From Azolla caroliniana (taxonomy: Eukaryota; Plantae; Polypodiophyta): DNA of 64,000 nt. Of the stretch, positions 18,924 through 30,800 are shown piece after piece. The number at the start of each line of letters is the position of its first letter. Position 1 is the first letter of the stretch. Position numbers and translations under genes: made by a program. The stretch covers positions 13,082,001-13,146,000 of the forward strand of contig JBHGNT010000001.1 in NCBI GenBank assembly GCA_043228905.1, in the 5' to 3' direction. Under the pieces are notes generated by a model. That model did no database searches. It saw only the letters and a program-made list of their open reading frames with translations, and had not been told where the DNA came from.

Positions 18924-21471
18924 TTATTCATGTTTCATTCATTCCCCATAAGGGGTTAAATAGTACAAGAAGGGGTAGATACATAGGGGTGTAAGCCCCC
19001 TCGAGCATTCATATTGGACACTCACTCACATCTCCTCGTATCCATCCACATGCACACACGTGTGCATGTGTTCACATACATATAGACTCACAATTACATT
19101 TATGCCCCCTACACATACACAACATCATGATAACATTCGACCCTCGCTCATCACACTTGACCCTCCGTACATCTCGTATGGGGTAACACAATATGGCACG
19201 CCCGTGGGAAAGTGCCTTGCACGTCGATCCCACATGCCTTGATGATGATATTTCTTTGACCGGAACTTCCATCGGTCCTTTCAACGATCAACTCCCTCGA
19301 TCGGAGTGCTTGACTCGAACATCTTTTTCGGTCAACGAAGCTTCCGCGACACGAACATTCTCGTTTTGTCGACTTACGAACTTTAGCATCATGGGTCCAA
19401 AAACGTTGTGCGTATGTGTATCTTCCTTTTATCTTGTGAGTTGTGTGTGGATCGCATCCATTTCTTTTAGGTTCATGAGTTTTCGAAATTCCATTGGTGC
19501 CCTTTGATTTTTTAAAATTTTGACAATGCCATCATGTTTTTTGAAATTCTTCGGATGCCCTCAGGTTTTCAAAACTCCTCGAATGCCCCTTTCTCTATTT
19601 TGCTTCTCGTCCTATCTTCTGCTTCAATTTCGTCTTTATCTCTAGGTTATTGTTGTGGTCCGTTATTGCACTCTCTCTTGTGTGTATCACTCTTCTCTTT
19701 CTTCTTCTTTCTGCTTTCGTTTCCCGCTTCTCTTCTTGTCGTCCTTTCTCTCCTGTCTTCATCTGCTTCTTCTTGTTTTCTTATGCAGTTCTTCTTCCGG
19801 ATTTGTCTTCTTCTTCCTTTCTTGTTTCTCTCCATCCTCTGTTATGTGCCTTCTCTTCTTCCATGACTTCTTCCTCTTACTTCTCTGTTCATCAACGACT
19901 ACATCTCCTTCTTCTCCTTCTCCTTCTTCTTCTTCTGTGTTCTCTTCCTACTTCATTCTCTTCTTCTTTTCTCTGTTTTCTTTCCTGTCGTTGTCGTCAT
20001 TCGTTGTCTGCATCTTCTTTGTCTTCTTCTTTCTTCCTTGTTTTCCTATGTCACTCGTTGTGCAATAGTTGTAATGGCTTCCTCTGCACCGTCGCCATAC
20101 GATTTGTGCATCTGCCCTTGCCTCCATGTCCGGCTGTTTTCTCTGTTTTCCGGTTCCATCATTGTCGGTCGTCCATCTCTGTTCGATGTTGCCGGTGTCG
20201 TTTGTCTCTGTCTGGCCTTGTCTGCCGGCTCCGTCTTTGTGTCCGTTTCTCCATATCTGTCTTTGGCTCCGATGCCATCCAACCCATTGTTTTGGCAACT
20301 CTGGCTGTCTGTTTAGGGTTTCCGGCCGCCACCGTTCCTTCCGGCCGTCGGCTGCTGTCCGTCTGGCTCGTCCGACCGCTTCTCTGGTTACTCTTCCGCT
20401 GATGTCCGGTCGTCGGTCTGGCTATCTCCGTCGTCCGACACATTCGGCTGTCTCTGTCCGACCTGGCCGTTGTTGGTCCGCCACCACTTTAGCCGTTGGT
20501 ATGTGGCCACCGCCGTTTGATCGTCGTCCCGGCTCCGTCACCGTTCCAACTGATCGGCCCATCTGACCGGCTGTATGGCGGACTCCATCTCTGGTCGTCT
20601 CTGGCCGTTTCCTCTATCAATGTCACTTTTCTAGCCATCGAACCGTCTTATCCCAGCTCGTTCCGGTCCGTTTTCCAGCAGTCGGTTTTGCTGTGTCTTC
20701 TCGTTTGCCTCTGCAACTTCCGAACACCGTTGCTATTCTGGCCGTCATCCGTCGCCTTGTCCGGCATGTCCGTCCATTCTGGTTATTCTGATTGCCTATC
20801 CGGTAGCATCTTTCCGGCATCTCCATCCTGTTGTCGGTTGTCTTGGCCATCATGGTTGTCTCTTGCAGCACGCTTTCTTGCACACTCACGTAACGCCATC
20901 ATTTCGCGACTTCCTCTCATGCATTGTCATCGTTTTTGTACATCTTTGGCAACATGTCTCGAACATTTAGGACAAAAACAGACCAAACAAAACATACACA
21001 TATAGAGATTAATTCGTTGTAGAATTGTGCATCAATCAATCTTCCATTTCCGACTTCTTATGCACATCATTGCCATCATTTGTCGCTTTTCTTGCATACT
21101 TCTGCAGCGAATAGTCATCACGCCATTGTTCTTTCTCATATTTCCACCAGTTCTCGCACATCGTCGATTCGACTTCTCGCGCTGATGAGGGTTGCATCAT
21201 TGTTCATTGCGTATTATTCTTCGACTCCGTCTCCAAAGGGGGATCGCCTTAGTGGTCGCCAAAAGTTGTTGTACGTTTTTAGGGTTAGGGTTAATGGTAA
21301 TGATGATTATCGATGACGAAGATAGAAATGGTGGAATAGTGAAGATGGTGGAGAGTATGATGGTGAGAGAGATTGAGATGAAGATGTTGAGAATCATTGA
21401 GAAGCATTGCGGGGTGGGGGGTGGTGCCTAGAATGGCTCCACCACCCTCCCAAGGGGGTTCAATGTAAGGG

Positions 21472-21508
<37 letters not shown>

Positions 21509-22020
21509 GGTTATTCATGTTTCATTCATTCCCCATAAGGGGTTAAATAGTACAAGAAGGGGTAGAGATACATAGGGGTGTAAGCCCCCTCGAGCATTCA
21601 TATTCGACACTCACTCACACCTCCTCGTATCCATCCACATGCACACACGTGTGCATGTGTTCACATACGTATAGACTCACAATTACATTTATGCCCCCTA
21701 CACATACACAACATCATGATAACATTCGACCCTCACTCATCACACTTGACTCTCCGTGCATCTCGTACGGGGTAACAAGTATGAGGATGAGTATGTGTAA
21801 GCACATGCACAATTATGTGCATGTGACAAGAATGTAACGGTCTCTTTTTGTAACGGACATATTATTTATCGTTACATTATGTACTATAAAAACCCCTTAT
21901 GGGGGTACATAAGGAAGATAGATTTTTCCCTTCTCATTTTGTTTCATTTTGTATTTGTCTTTCTCTCTAGCTCACTCTTTATCGTAACCCCCTTGGTAGG
22001 GGGGTGGTGCCATTCTAGGT
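18564..22020 (+). mobile_element. Truncated LTR (starts TGTTACCC), related to the dual-tRNA-site family and split by the 18648-21777 insertion
   Basis: 18564-18647 joins 21783-22020 across TSD AGTAT. TATA-like TACTATAAAAACCCC at about 21882. Ends abruptly against integrase sequence. Confidence 0.6.
18648..21777 (-). mobile_element. Non-autonomous LTR retrotransposon A with tRNA-like sites at both inner LTR borders
   Basis: Direct LTRs 18648-19188 and 21267-21777 (TG...CA), 5-bp TSD AGTAT (18643-18647 / 21778-21782). Minus orientation inferred from TATTTAA followed by (TC)n. Minus-strand PBS TGGCGACCAC at 21252-21261, plus-strand TGGCACGCCCGTGGGA at 19194-19209. Low-complexity non-coding interior. 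Confidence 0.88.
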
Positions 22021-23725
22021 TTTTGATTGTCGAGACTGCTATCATACACAATCACCCAGTCTCCTTTTTAGATCTTCTGAGGGCTTCGTCGGTGTGTCTT
22101 GTCGAACCGGGCTTTGTTACTTAGTCTAGTCACTTCTAAACTCTCCTTTGCGAACTCCAAGTCTTTGGGTCTTCTCTCAAGTTGCCTTATCCTTTTTGCT
22201 AGAAGCTCTTCTCGACTCATCTCGTTTTCCCACGACATCGCTACCCATGATGCGATTGTGTCTTCAATGGGCATCACCGACTTTTGTCCGTACATGAGTT
22301 CAGCTGGCATGAAACTTGTAACTGAGCTATGAGTTGTTTTGTCGGCCCACAAGGCATAAGGTAGTAACCGAGGCCAGTTCCCGACTCGCCCATCACAAGC
22401 TCTTACAATGGCTTTTACGGTAGGCCCGTGTCCGCATTCAATCTTTCCATTAGCCTCCAGGTTATAGGCGGTCGTGAGAGAGAGCTTCGCTCCAAGTCGT
22501 TCAAAGAGCTCTATAGCTTCGTGAGCGTTCAACTCTCCTTTGTCGGCCACTATCTTTCCCACACATCCGTACCGACAGATGACATCCTCGAGTAAGAATT
22601 TACACACCCCCGCCGTCATTTTGTTTGCTAAGGCTCGCCCTTCTACGTGGTTTGTTTGGTCTTCTCTTGCTAGCACCAAATATTTCATTTGGCCCACTCC
22701 CATCGGCATCGAAACCAAATCCACCATCCATTTGAAGTGTATGGTGAGTGGGTAGGTCAGGTGCAACTCGTCCCTGTGGCATATGTTTGAGTGTATCTGA
22801 CAGCTTTCACACGTCCCCACAAAATGGGCGATATCCTTGTACATTCCTGGCCACCAATACTTCTCCTTTAACTTCTCGAATGTTGCCCACGTTCCTCTAT
22901 GGCCCACCCAAGGACTCTCGTGGAACTCAGACACCAATGTTGTCTTGTCCTCTTCCTTTATGACCACTCGTTGTGACATCCCTGTCCTTCTCTTCGGGGG
23001 TCTCTAGAGGAATCCCCCTCGTAGGAAGTACTTGTACGCTTTCTTTCGGACTCTTTGTGCTTCCTCCTTCGACCATGAACTATCCACCGTCATTGATCGT
23101 AAGAACTTGCCAACGTGTAGCCACTCCCCTTCGTATTCACTTTCGTTTAAGGCGTGGAGTACTCGCATATCTCGATCATCTATAGACGTTAGGGCTGTCT
23201 TAAAGAAGTCAAGAGCGACATCCTCATCTTTAGACACCATGTCGCTTTTGCCCTCGAATCTTGCCCTCGATAGCATGGCATTGTTCTTCCCAGAAATGTG
23301 GTGAATCTCCGGGTTCATTGATTTGATGTAAGCAATCCATCTTAGCATAGCAAAGTCAGGTGTTGCCCATCCCGAAACCATCCATAGGATTGGAAGGCAA
23401 TACGTCTCTATTACCACCTCTGACCCGATTAGGTAATCTTTATCCGCCTTCATTGCAGACACAATACCCCAAAGCTCACGTTTTACTTGGGCGTATCCTC
23501 GTTGTTGCTCGCTTAAGACCTTGGCTCCGAACCGGATGGTGTAGCATGTACCATCCTCTCGTTCTTGGTTGATGACCCATCCGATCCCTGTTGGACTCGT
23601 ATTTACCGCCACGTAGATGGGCACTTGTATACGACTTTTCGTAAAGATGGTGCCACTACCAACATTCCTTTGAGCCTCTTCATTGCCTCTTTGTGCTCTT
23701 CCTCCCACTTGAACTTCCGCCCCTT
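22021..23725 (-). pseudogene. Ty3/gypsy pol remnant (RNase H - integrase)
   Basis: RNase H-like INQE...IRFGAKVL...QVKRELWG and HISGKNNA. Integrase HESPWVGH...CESC, KWMVDL, TTAYNLEANGKIE, ending GDWVIVYDSSLDNQ. Contains frameshifts and stops. Confidence 0.85.
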
Positions 23726-24456
23726 CTTGAGCAGCCCACTTGAACTCCCTCCCTTCCCTCCTTACTTCCTACAAATTTGATGCATGCCCCCTTTATTTTC
23801 TATAAACCCCCCTCATACCCCTCCCCCACTTTTTAACGATACCCCTATTCATTTCCCCTTATTCCTCCGTAATAACCCCTACAACGTTTCCCTATTTCCA
23901 AACTATACCCCTCCCCCTTTTCATGCATTTCCTACTGTTGAGAATCAAGCTCAACTTGGTCTAGTGTGTGAACTCACCTTGAGAGTGAATAAACACTCCA
24001 ACGGTCAAGAGTCAACATTATCTCACCTCTTTGTATTCTAGCATTTAGTATGAGTCATAGAATCATATTCTATGACACATAACTTATGAGCTTTCACATT
24101 CCCCATGCTCCATGAGTCTTGTAGTTAATGAAGAGAGAGGGCGACATAATAAAGCACCCTCCTCCCACCTTGTATTAAGTCGAGTCTTTCTCCTTTGTTA
24201 ATACAACCTACCTTGCGTATACTCTGTGTCTTACTTCTCACTCACTCACTCACTCTCTCTCTCTCATACACACAGTTCACACCTATTCCGCTACACAAGA
24301 ATCATACCCGATTCTTTACACCTACATATACCCCCCCCCCCCCCCCCCTGCCCCTTTACACATAACGCCGGCGACTAAGAACCGACTGATCGCTATCGTA
24401 GCTTCGCTACATAGCTCGCATTCGAAGAGAGAAGAAGAAGAAGAAGAATCGACATA

Positions 24457-26144
24457 ATGAATACTCAAATGGGGAGCGCTCTCCCTACCGAGAAGTTGGA
24501 TCGAAACAACTTCGCATCTTGGGAGTACAAGATGCACCAATACCTTGTCGGACAAGGCTATTGGAGCTACATCAAAGGAGCGCATGAAGACCGACCCGCC
24601 GAAGCAGCTCCCGGATACGCGACATGGGAGCAAGCCGCAAGCCGCGTGATGTATTGCTTGGCGACATGTGTTCACGATCACATGCTCGGCTACATTCGCG
24701 AAGCCAAGACGCCAAAGGAGGCATGGGAAAATCTACGAAAGATTTTCGCGGCAAACATGACCGCGAGGAAGCTTCAACTCCGCCAAGAGTTGAACAACAT
24801 TCAACAAAGGGACATGTCCATCCTGACATACACCTCGAAGATCAAGGAGCTTTGCGATTCACTTGACTCAATAAGCGTAAATATCGATGATGATGAGATG
24901 GTTCAAATATGCCTCGGCAACCTCGCACCACGGTTCAGCGCGATGCGAACCGCCGTTCTAGCACGGGAGAAATCTCCCTCCTTCTTCGAGCTCCAATCAA
25001 TGCTATTGGTCGAAGAAAATCACGTGCGTACAAGGAGCAATGAGTCGGAAGGCCACATGCTCTACATGCACTCGAACGGAGGAAGAGGACGCAGACGGTC
25101 GAGAGGCCGATTCGGCCAAGGACAAGGCGGACGAGGTCCGACCTACGATAACAACTCCCAATTTCGGCCGCAAAGCGAAAGCCAACGAGGAACCTTCGTA
25201 AGAAGGGGGAGCTTCCACTCTGGCTTGAGCCGTCAAAACGCAACCGAATGTGGATATTGCGGAAAGCTCGGCCACCACGAAGAAGAGTGCCAAAAGAAGA
25301 TGCGTGAATCGGCTTCCACAAGCCGACAACTCAAGAATTACGCGCACAATTCCGACTATGAAGAGTATAGCGGAATGTACGGGAACAACTCTAACTACGA
25401 AGATCGTGGCGGAATGTATGCACGCAACTCCGACCGTGGCAGAATGTTCATGATGAAACATAGAGCAAACTCTATGTCGGCCTCTACCTCAACTCGTGCC
25501 CTCAATCCAGAGGACGTATGGTTTGTTGACTCCGGAGCCTCAAACCATATGACATCCCACAAAGAATGGTTTCTCGAACATCGAGAGCTGGAGCAACCCG
25601 GTTATGTCGAAACCGGAGATGACACTACGCACCCGATTTGGCACATCGGCAATGTTTCGTTCGGCGAAAGAGGTAAGCAAACATACATTAAAAATGTTTT
25701 GCATGTTCCCACCATCACGAAGAATTTGGTCTCGATCGGCCAAATGGTTGAGCAAGGGATGCAAGTACGATTCGACCAAGAAGGGTGCTTCATCGAAAAA
25801 GAAGGCCAAATCATCGCACGCGGAAGAAGAGAGGGCCGAATGTTCATTCTCGATTCACGCGAGATGAAATCCGCCATGTTCGCGAAAAGCAAGAAAGCCG
25901 ACTTTGACATAGAGCTATGGCACAAGCGAATCGGCCACATCAATCTCAACAAACTCAAAGCAATGAAATCGAAAGGAGTCGTCATCGGACTCCCGACATT
26001 CAAAGAAAAGGAGATTGAAGGTGTATGCGAAGCGTGCCAATTCGGCAAGCAACACCGACACCCATTCCCGAAAGAGCGGAACGTGAGCAAAGGTCTACTC
26101 GACGTAGTCCATTCCGACGTATGGGGACCGGCGCAGACGGCTAC
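24457..26144 (+). pseudogene. Copia gag-protease-GAG-pre-integrase ORF, disrupted by insertion
   Basis: Zn-knuckle-like CGYCGKLGHHEEEC, WFVDSGASNHM, LWHKRIGH, CEACQFGK. The frame continues into integrase at 31823. Confidence 0.85.
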
Positions 26145-26577
26145 TGTCATGAGATGGCAAGACTCGAACCCATGACCTTATGGTATATGGGTCGAGCTCT
26201 TAACCATCTCACCATCTATTGTAATTCATAGAATATTATTTTCATTTATGTTTTATTATAAGAAAATAATGTATATTCCAGATTTCTCTGGAACATTCTA
26301 GAAGCTTCAGGATTATTCCTGAGAACACTATAAAAGAAGGCACTAAGCATTATGTTGAACCAAATTGGTTCAACACCAGTCTTAAGCCTCTTAGTCGATT
26401 TGTACTTATCTTTCATATAATATAAGAGCTGCTGTCATCATCCTATTTCCCTCTCTCTCTCTCTCCTCTTCTCACTTCCTCTCTCTCGGGAATCTTACGC
26501 AGTCCCGTCCTCTTAGTACTAATAGTACTACTCTTCTTAGTACTAATTCCATCTCTGTTTTAGTACTATTCCTGACA

Positions 26578-26592
26578 GTTTGAACCAATTTG
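26578..26592 (+). promoter_or_regulatory. Self-priming PBS complementary to the LTR R region
   Basis: TTGAACCAATTTG (26580-26592) is the reverse complement of CAAATTGGTTCAA (26361-26373), about 30 nt after TATAAAA (26329-26335). No TGG-type tRNA PBS is present. Confidence 0.75.
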
Positions 26593-26646
26593 TCCCTCTA
26601 GCCTACTTGTCACTCTCCCTCATCCTCCTACCCTTTCCCCTATACT

Positions 26647-27804
26647 ATGGCTACTGTTAGCGCCCAAGAATACCAATCCGTTTTCTCCGAGCTACAGTGC
26701 CTAAAAGAAAAGTTTGTTGCCTTGGAACAAGAAAACCAGCGGCTGATAGGGGATCTGCAACAAATCGCTCTAGAAAAACAACAAACGCAACAACAACATG
26801 GGGAGTTAGCGTTACGGGTACAACAACTCGAAGCAGCGTTGCAACAACAAGGATCCAGTCCCCAAGGATTTCATAAAGAGCCCAAGATTGGACTTCCTGT
26901 GAAATTTGATGGAACGCGTTCGCAATTTCGGGGATTCCTTAATCAGGTACGCTTAGTCATCCAGATGCATCCTTCCCGATATCCCACTGATGCATCTCGA
27001 GTCGGCCTAATAGGCACGCTACTTAGCGGCTCAGCCTTGGCATGGTTCGCTCCGCTTCTAGAAAAACAATCGCCCTTGCTTAATAACTTTGAAGATTTTA
27101 TTGGTGAGTTTAAAGCCTGCTTTGGAGACACCGACAACATCAGGACGGCGATCAACAAGATCCGGCGATTGCGTCAAGGCGATCGTCCAGCCTCTGCCTA
27201 CGCGGCGGATTTCCGCCTACTTGCTTCAGATATACCCTGGGATGATCAAGCACTAATGGAGCAGTTTCGCTATGGCTTGCGAAACGATGTCAAAGATCTA
27301 CTTCTAACTTTCCCCGAAGAACCAAAGTCTCTTACGGAGGCAATCAGTCGAGCAGTTCGATGTGACAACCGCCTTTTTGAACGGCGTTCAGAACGTCAAT
27401 TACAGATACCACGCTCTAGGCCAGAGCCCACTTACGCCGCAGTCGCGGCTAAACCGTTTGCACGAGACATACCTCAAGCAAATACTTCGACACCGATGGA
27501 GATCGATACCATGCGTCGACGCGGCCCGTTATCGGAAGAAGAAAAGCAACGACGACGTGCCAATCGATTATGCCTTTATTGCGGTGGACCAGGACATATC
27601 GCCATCAATTGTCCCCATAGGCCAAGAAGACAGGTAAATCAAATTGTCGCCTGTACTAAACCTGAGTCAATTCCTCCCTTCGGAGTGTCTGATAGTAGTA
27701 ATAGTACTAATAGAGTGTCAGATAGTATTCATAGTACTAATAGCCCAAGTATCTCAAATAAATTTGAAATCCTTAGTCAATTAGATGAAGAGTTAAACGA
27801 TTGA
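26647..27804 (+). CDS. gag: Gag polyprotein (N-terminal coiled coil, capsid, CCHC knuckle), 385 aa
   Basis: PVKFDGTRSQFRGFL, LRQGDRPASAYAADF, F-R-Y-GL, PMEID, CLYCGGPGHIAINC. Confidence 0.92.
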   Translation: MATVSAQEYQSVFSELQCLKEKFVALEQENQRLIGDLQQIALEKQQTQQQHGELALRVQQLEAALQQQGSSPQGFHKEPKIGLPVKFDGTRSQFRGFLNQVRLVIQMHPSRYPTDASRVGLIGTLLSGSALAWFAPLLEKQSPLLNNFEDFIGEFKACFGDTDNIRTAINKIRRLRQGDRPASAYAADFRLLASDIPWDDQALMEQFRYGLRNDVKDLLLTFPEEPKSLTEAISRAVRCDNRLFERRSERQLQIPRSRPEPTYAAVAAKPFARDIPQANTSTPMEIDTMRRRGPLSEEEKQRRRANRLCLYCGGPGHIAINCPHRPRRQVNQIVACTKPESIPPFGVSDSSNSTNRVSDSIHSTNSPSISNKFEILSQLDEELND

Positions 27805-30800
27805 GTCCAGCCAAAATAGGAGCCATTTGGTTGGACAGCAGCCCTAGATCTGTACAGCCCATTAGTGGTTCCATTCCTTCCAAGCAAGTTAGCAATGTGT
27901 TCCTAGCCCAAGTCATTGTTAGTACTAAAAGTACTCCCCCAGTACCCGTCCTAGCACTTTTAGATTCCGGAGCTAATTCCTGTTTCATGGATCGAAATTT
28001 TGCCCAAGCTTCTCAGATATCCTTAAGAAAACTTCCTTGTCCCGCATCTGTAGTGGTCATTGATGGTCGTCCCATTGCTTCCGGGAATATTGTAGAAGAA
28101 TCAGAACCCATTCAAGTTGTCCTAGGTAGTTTTGTGTGTATAATATCATTTAATATAATTACTAGTCCAGAGCATCCCATTGTCCTAGGATTACCTTGGC
28201 TTGAGTTACATAATCCAGCCATAGATTGGAGAACAAGAGAAGTCCGATATCGACCACCCCAAGAATCAACTCGCCGAGTTTCGACCATTTCACTCCATCA
28301 ACTACGCGAAGAAGGACCCAAGGAGGCAATGTTCCTATTTTCCATATCAGTACATCCTTCCAGCACTATTAAGAAGGACTCCTCAGTACAACTTCCGGCA
28401 AAATATCATCCTTATGCCGATGTATTTGACAAGGTAAAAGCCGGTACCCTTCCTCATCACCGTCCCTATGACTGTCCCATCGATTTACAACCAGGAACCG
28501 AGCCACCATGGGGACCAATTTACAACCTGTCACCCACCGAGTTAGAAGTCCTTCGAGCCTACATAGAGGAGAACTTGGCAAGCGGGTTCATCCGTCATTC
28601 GAAATCTCCGGCCGGTGCACCCATCTTCTTTGTCAAGAAGAAAGATGGCTCACTTCGTCTTGTCGTTGATTACCGCGGATTAAATAAAGTCACCATCCGG
28701 AATAGGTATGCACTTCCTCTTATATCAAGTCTTTTAGAGCGAGTTAATGGTGCCAAGTTTTTTACTAAAATCGACCTACGCGGAGCGTATAATCTCGTGC
28801 GGATCCGACCGGGAGATGAGTGGAAGACCGCTTTTCGCACGCGGTATGGGCATTTTGAGTATACTGTTATGCCGTTTGGCCTAACCAATGCACCCGCAGT
28901 TTTCCAACACATGGCAAATGATATATTCAGAGACCTCTTGGATATCTGTTTGATCATTTATCTGGATGATCTGTTGATTTATTCGAAGACCCAGGAAGAG
29001 CATGACTCTCATGTACTATTAGTACTAAAGCGACTCCGCGAGAATGGTCTTTATGCCAAGCTAGAAAAATGTAGCTTTGACTGCAAGCAAGTGGAATTTC
29101 TAGGCTACGTCATCTCCTCAAAGGGCATCGCCATGGATCCAGCTAAGATCCAAACTGTACTAGAGTGGCAAATTCCACGGTCGGTACGAGATGTACAATG
29201 TTTTCTAGGTTTTGCTAACTTCTACCGTAAGTTTATACAGGATTACTCGAAGATTATTTTACCTCTCACACAACTTACGAAGAAGGGCCAAGCATTTCTT
29301 TGGTCCATTGAAGCAGATATGGCTTTTCGGCATCTTAAGAAAGCCTTTACATCAGCACCGATTCTAGCTCATGTGGATACAAGCAAACCATTCATCATGG
29401 AGGCCGACGCATCAGATTTCGCCCTCGGTAGCATCCTTTCTCAACAAGGTGATAAAGAAGAGTTGCATCCGGTGGCTTTCCATTCGCGCAAATTCGATGT
29501 CGCAGAAATCAACTACGAAATACATGACAAGGAGTTATTAGCCATCGTGGATTCATTTGTACAATGGCGGCATTTCTTAGAGGGCTCTCCACATCAGGTC
29601 ATTGTCTTCAGCGATCATAAAAATCTTGCTTATTTTCAGAACGCTCGCGTACTAAATCGACGGCAAGCTCGGTGGGCGCAATTCCTCACGCGTTTCGACT
29701 TCAAAATCACATATCGACCGGGGAAGCAGCAAGGAAAAGCAGATGCACTATCACGACGTTCATATCTTGCACCTCGTCCTGGTGAAGCAACATTTGATAA
29801 TCAAAAGCAAGTAATCTTGGGACCAACACGATTGCACACGACGCGGATTTTTCACACCCCGATGGATTCACGGATTACCGATGACATACGTGCAACCTTG
29901 AAGACGGATAGTTTTGCTCAAGACATCCTGGCGCACATTGATACTTCTCGGGCATCCTGTTCTCAGTCTCAACAACCAGGTATTGACTACCGACAATTCG
30001 AATATCATGATGGTTTGTTATTCTTTAAAAAGCGCGTATATGTCCCCGATTGCTCCTGTCGCCTTCAAATTGTCCAACATTGTCACGACACCCATACGGC
30101 GGGACATTTCGGTAGTACTAAGACGTTGGAGCTAGTGCAGCGATCTTTTTGGTGGCCCCACATGCGCCGTTTTGTCGACGACTACGTTCGGACCTGTGAT
30201 GCTTGCTGCCGAGCAAAGATGCCACGACACCATCCATATGGCTTGTTGGAACCTTTACCAATTCCAACTAAGCCATGGCAGTCTATTTGTCTTGATTTTA
30301 TCACAGATCTGCCGGTCTCGAAAGGGTTCGATGCTATCCTAACCGTCGTCGATCGATATACGAAGATGGCACATTTTGTGCCATGTACTAAAGCCATCAC
30401 TAGCGAGGAAACCGCCGCTCTTGTTATGCGTGAGGTTTTTCGGCATCATGGCCTCCCAGACAGTATTATCAGTGACCGAGGCCCGCAATTTGTCTCCAAA
30501 TTTTGGCAGCATCTCTTCAAGATGCTCAAGGTCTCCTGCAACCTCTCCTCCGGCTACCATCCTCAGACCGACGGACAGGCGGAACGAACAAACCAAACGC
30601 TGGAGCAATATCTCCGGTGTTTCCTGAGTTATCAACAGGACGATTGGGCCGAGATTCTCCACTTTGCGGAGTTTGCGTATAATAATGCTATTCACTCCTC
30701 GACTCGGGTCTCCCCATTTTTCGCTTATATCGGTTTCCATCCTCGCTGGTCGGTGATCGACACTCCGGAGCTACCTACCAACCCTCGTGCCGAGGATCAT

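Noticed and set aside
19500-21050. Many overlapping 100-250 aa ORFs inside element A (likewise 52800-53300 in F2)
   Set aside because: Products of CT/GA-biased low-complexity sequence with few stop codons and no domain motifs.
26151-26220. Functional tRNA gene
   Set aside because: No convincing full cloverleaf or anticodon stem, and it is part of both LTRs. Reported as a tRNA-like cassette instead.
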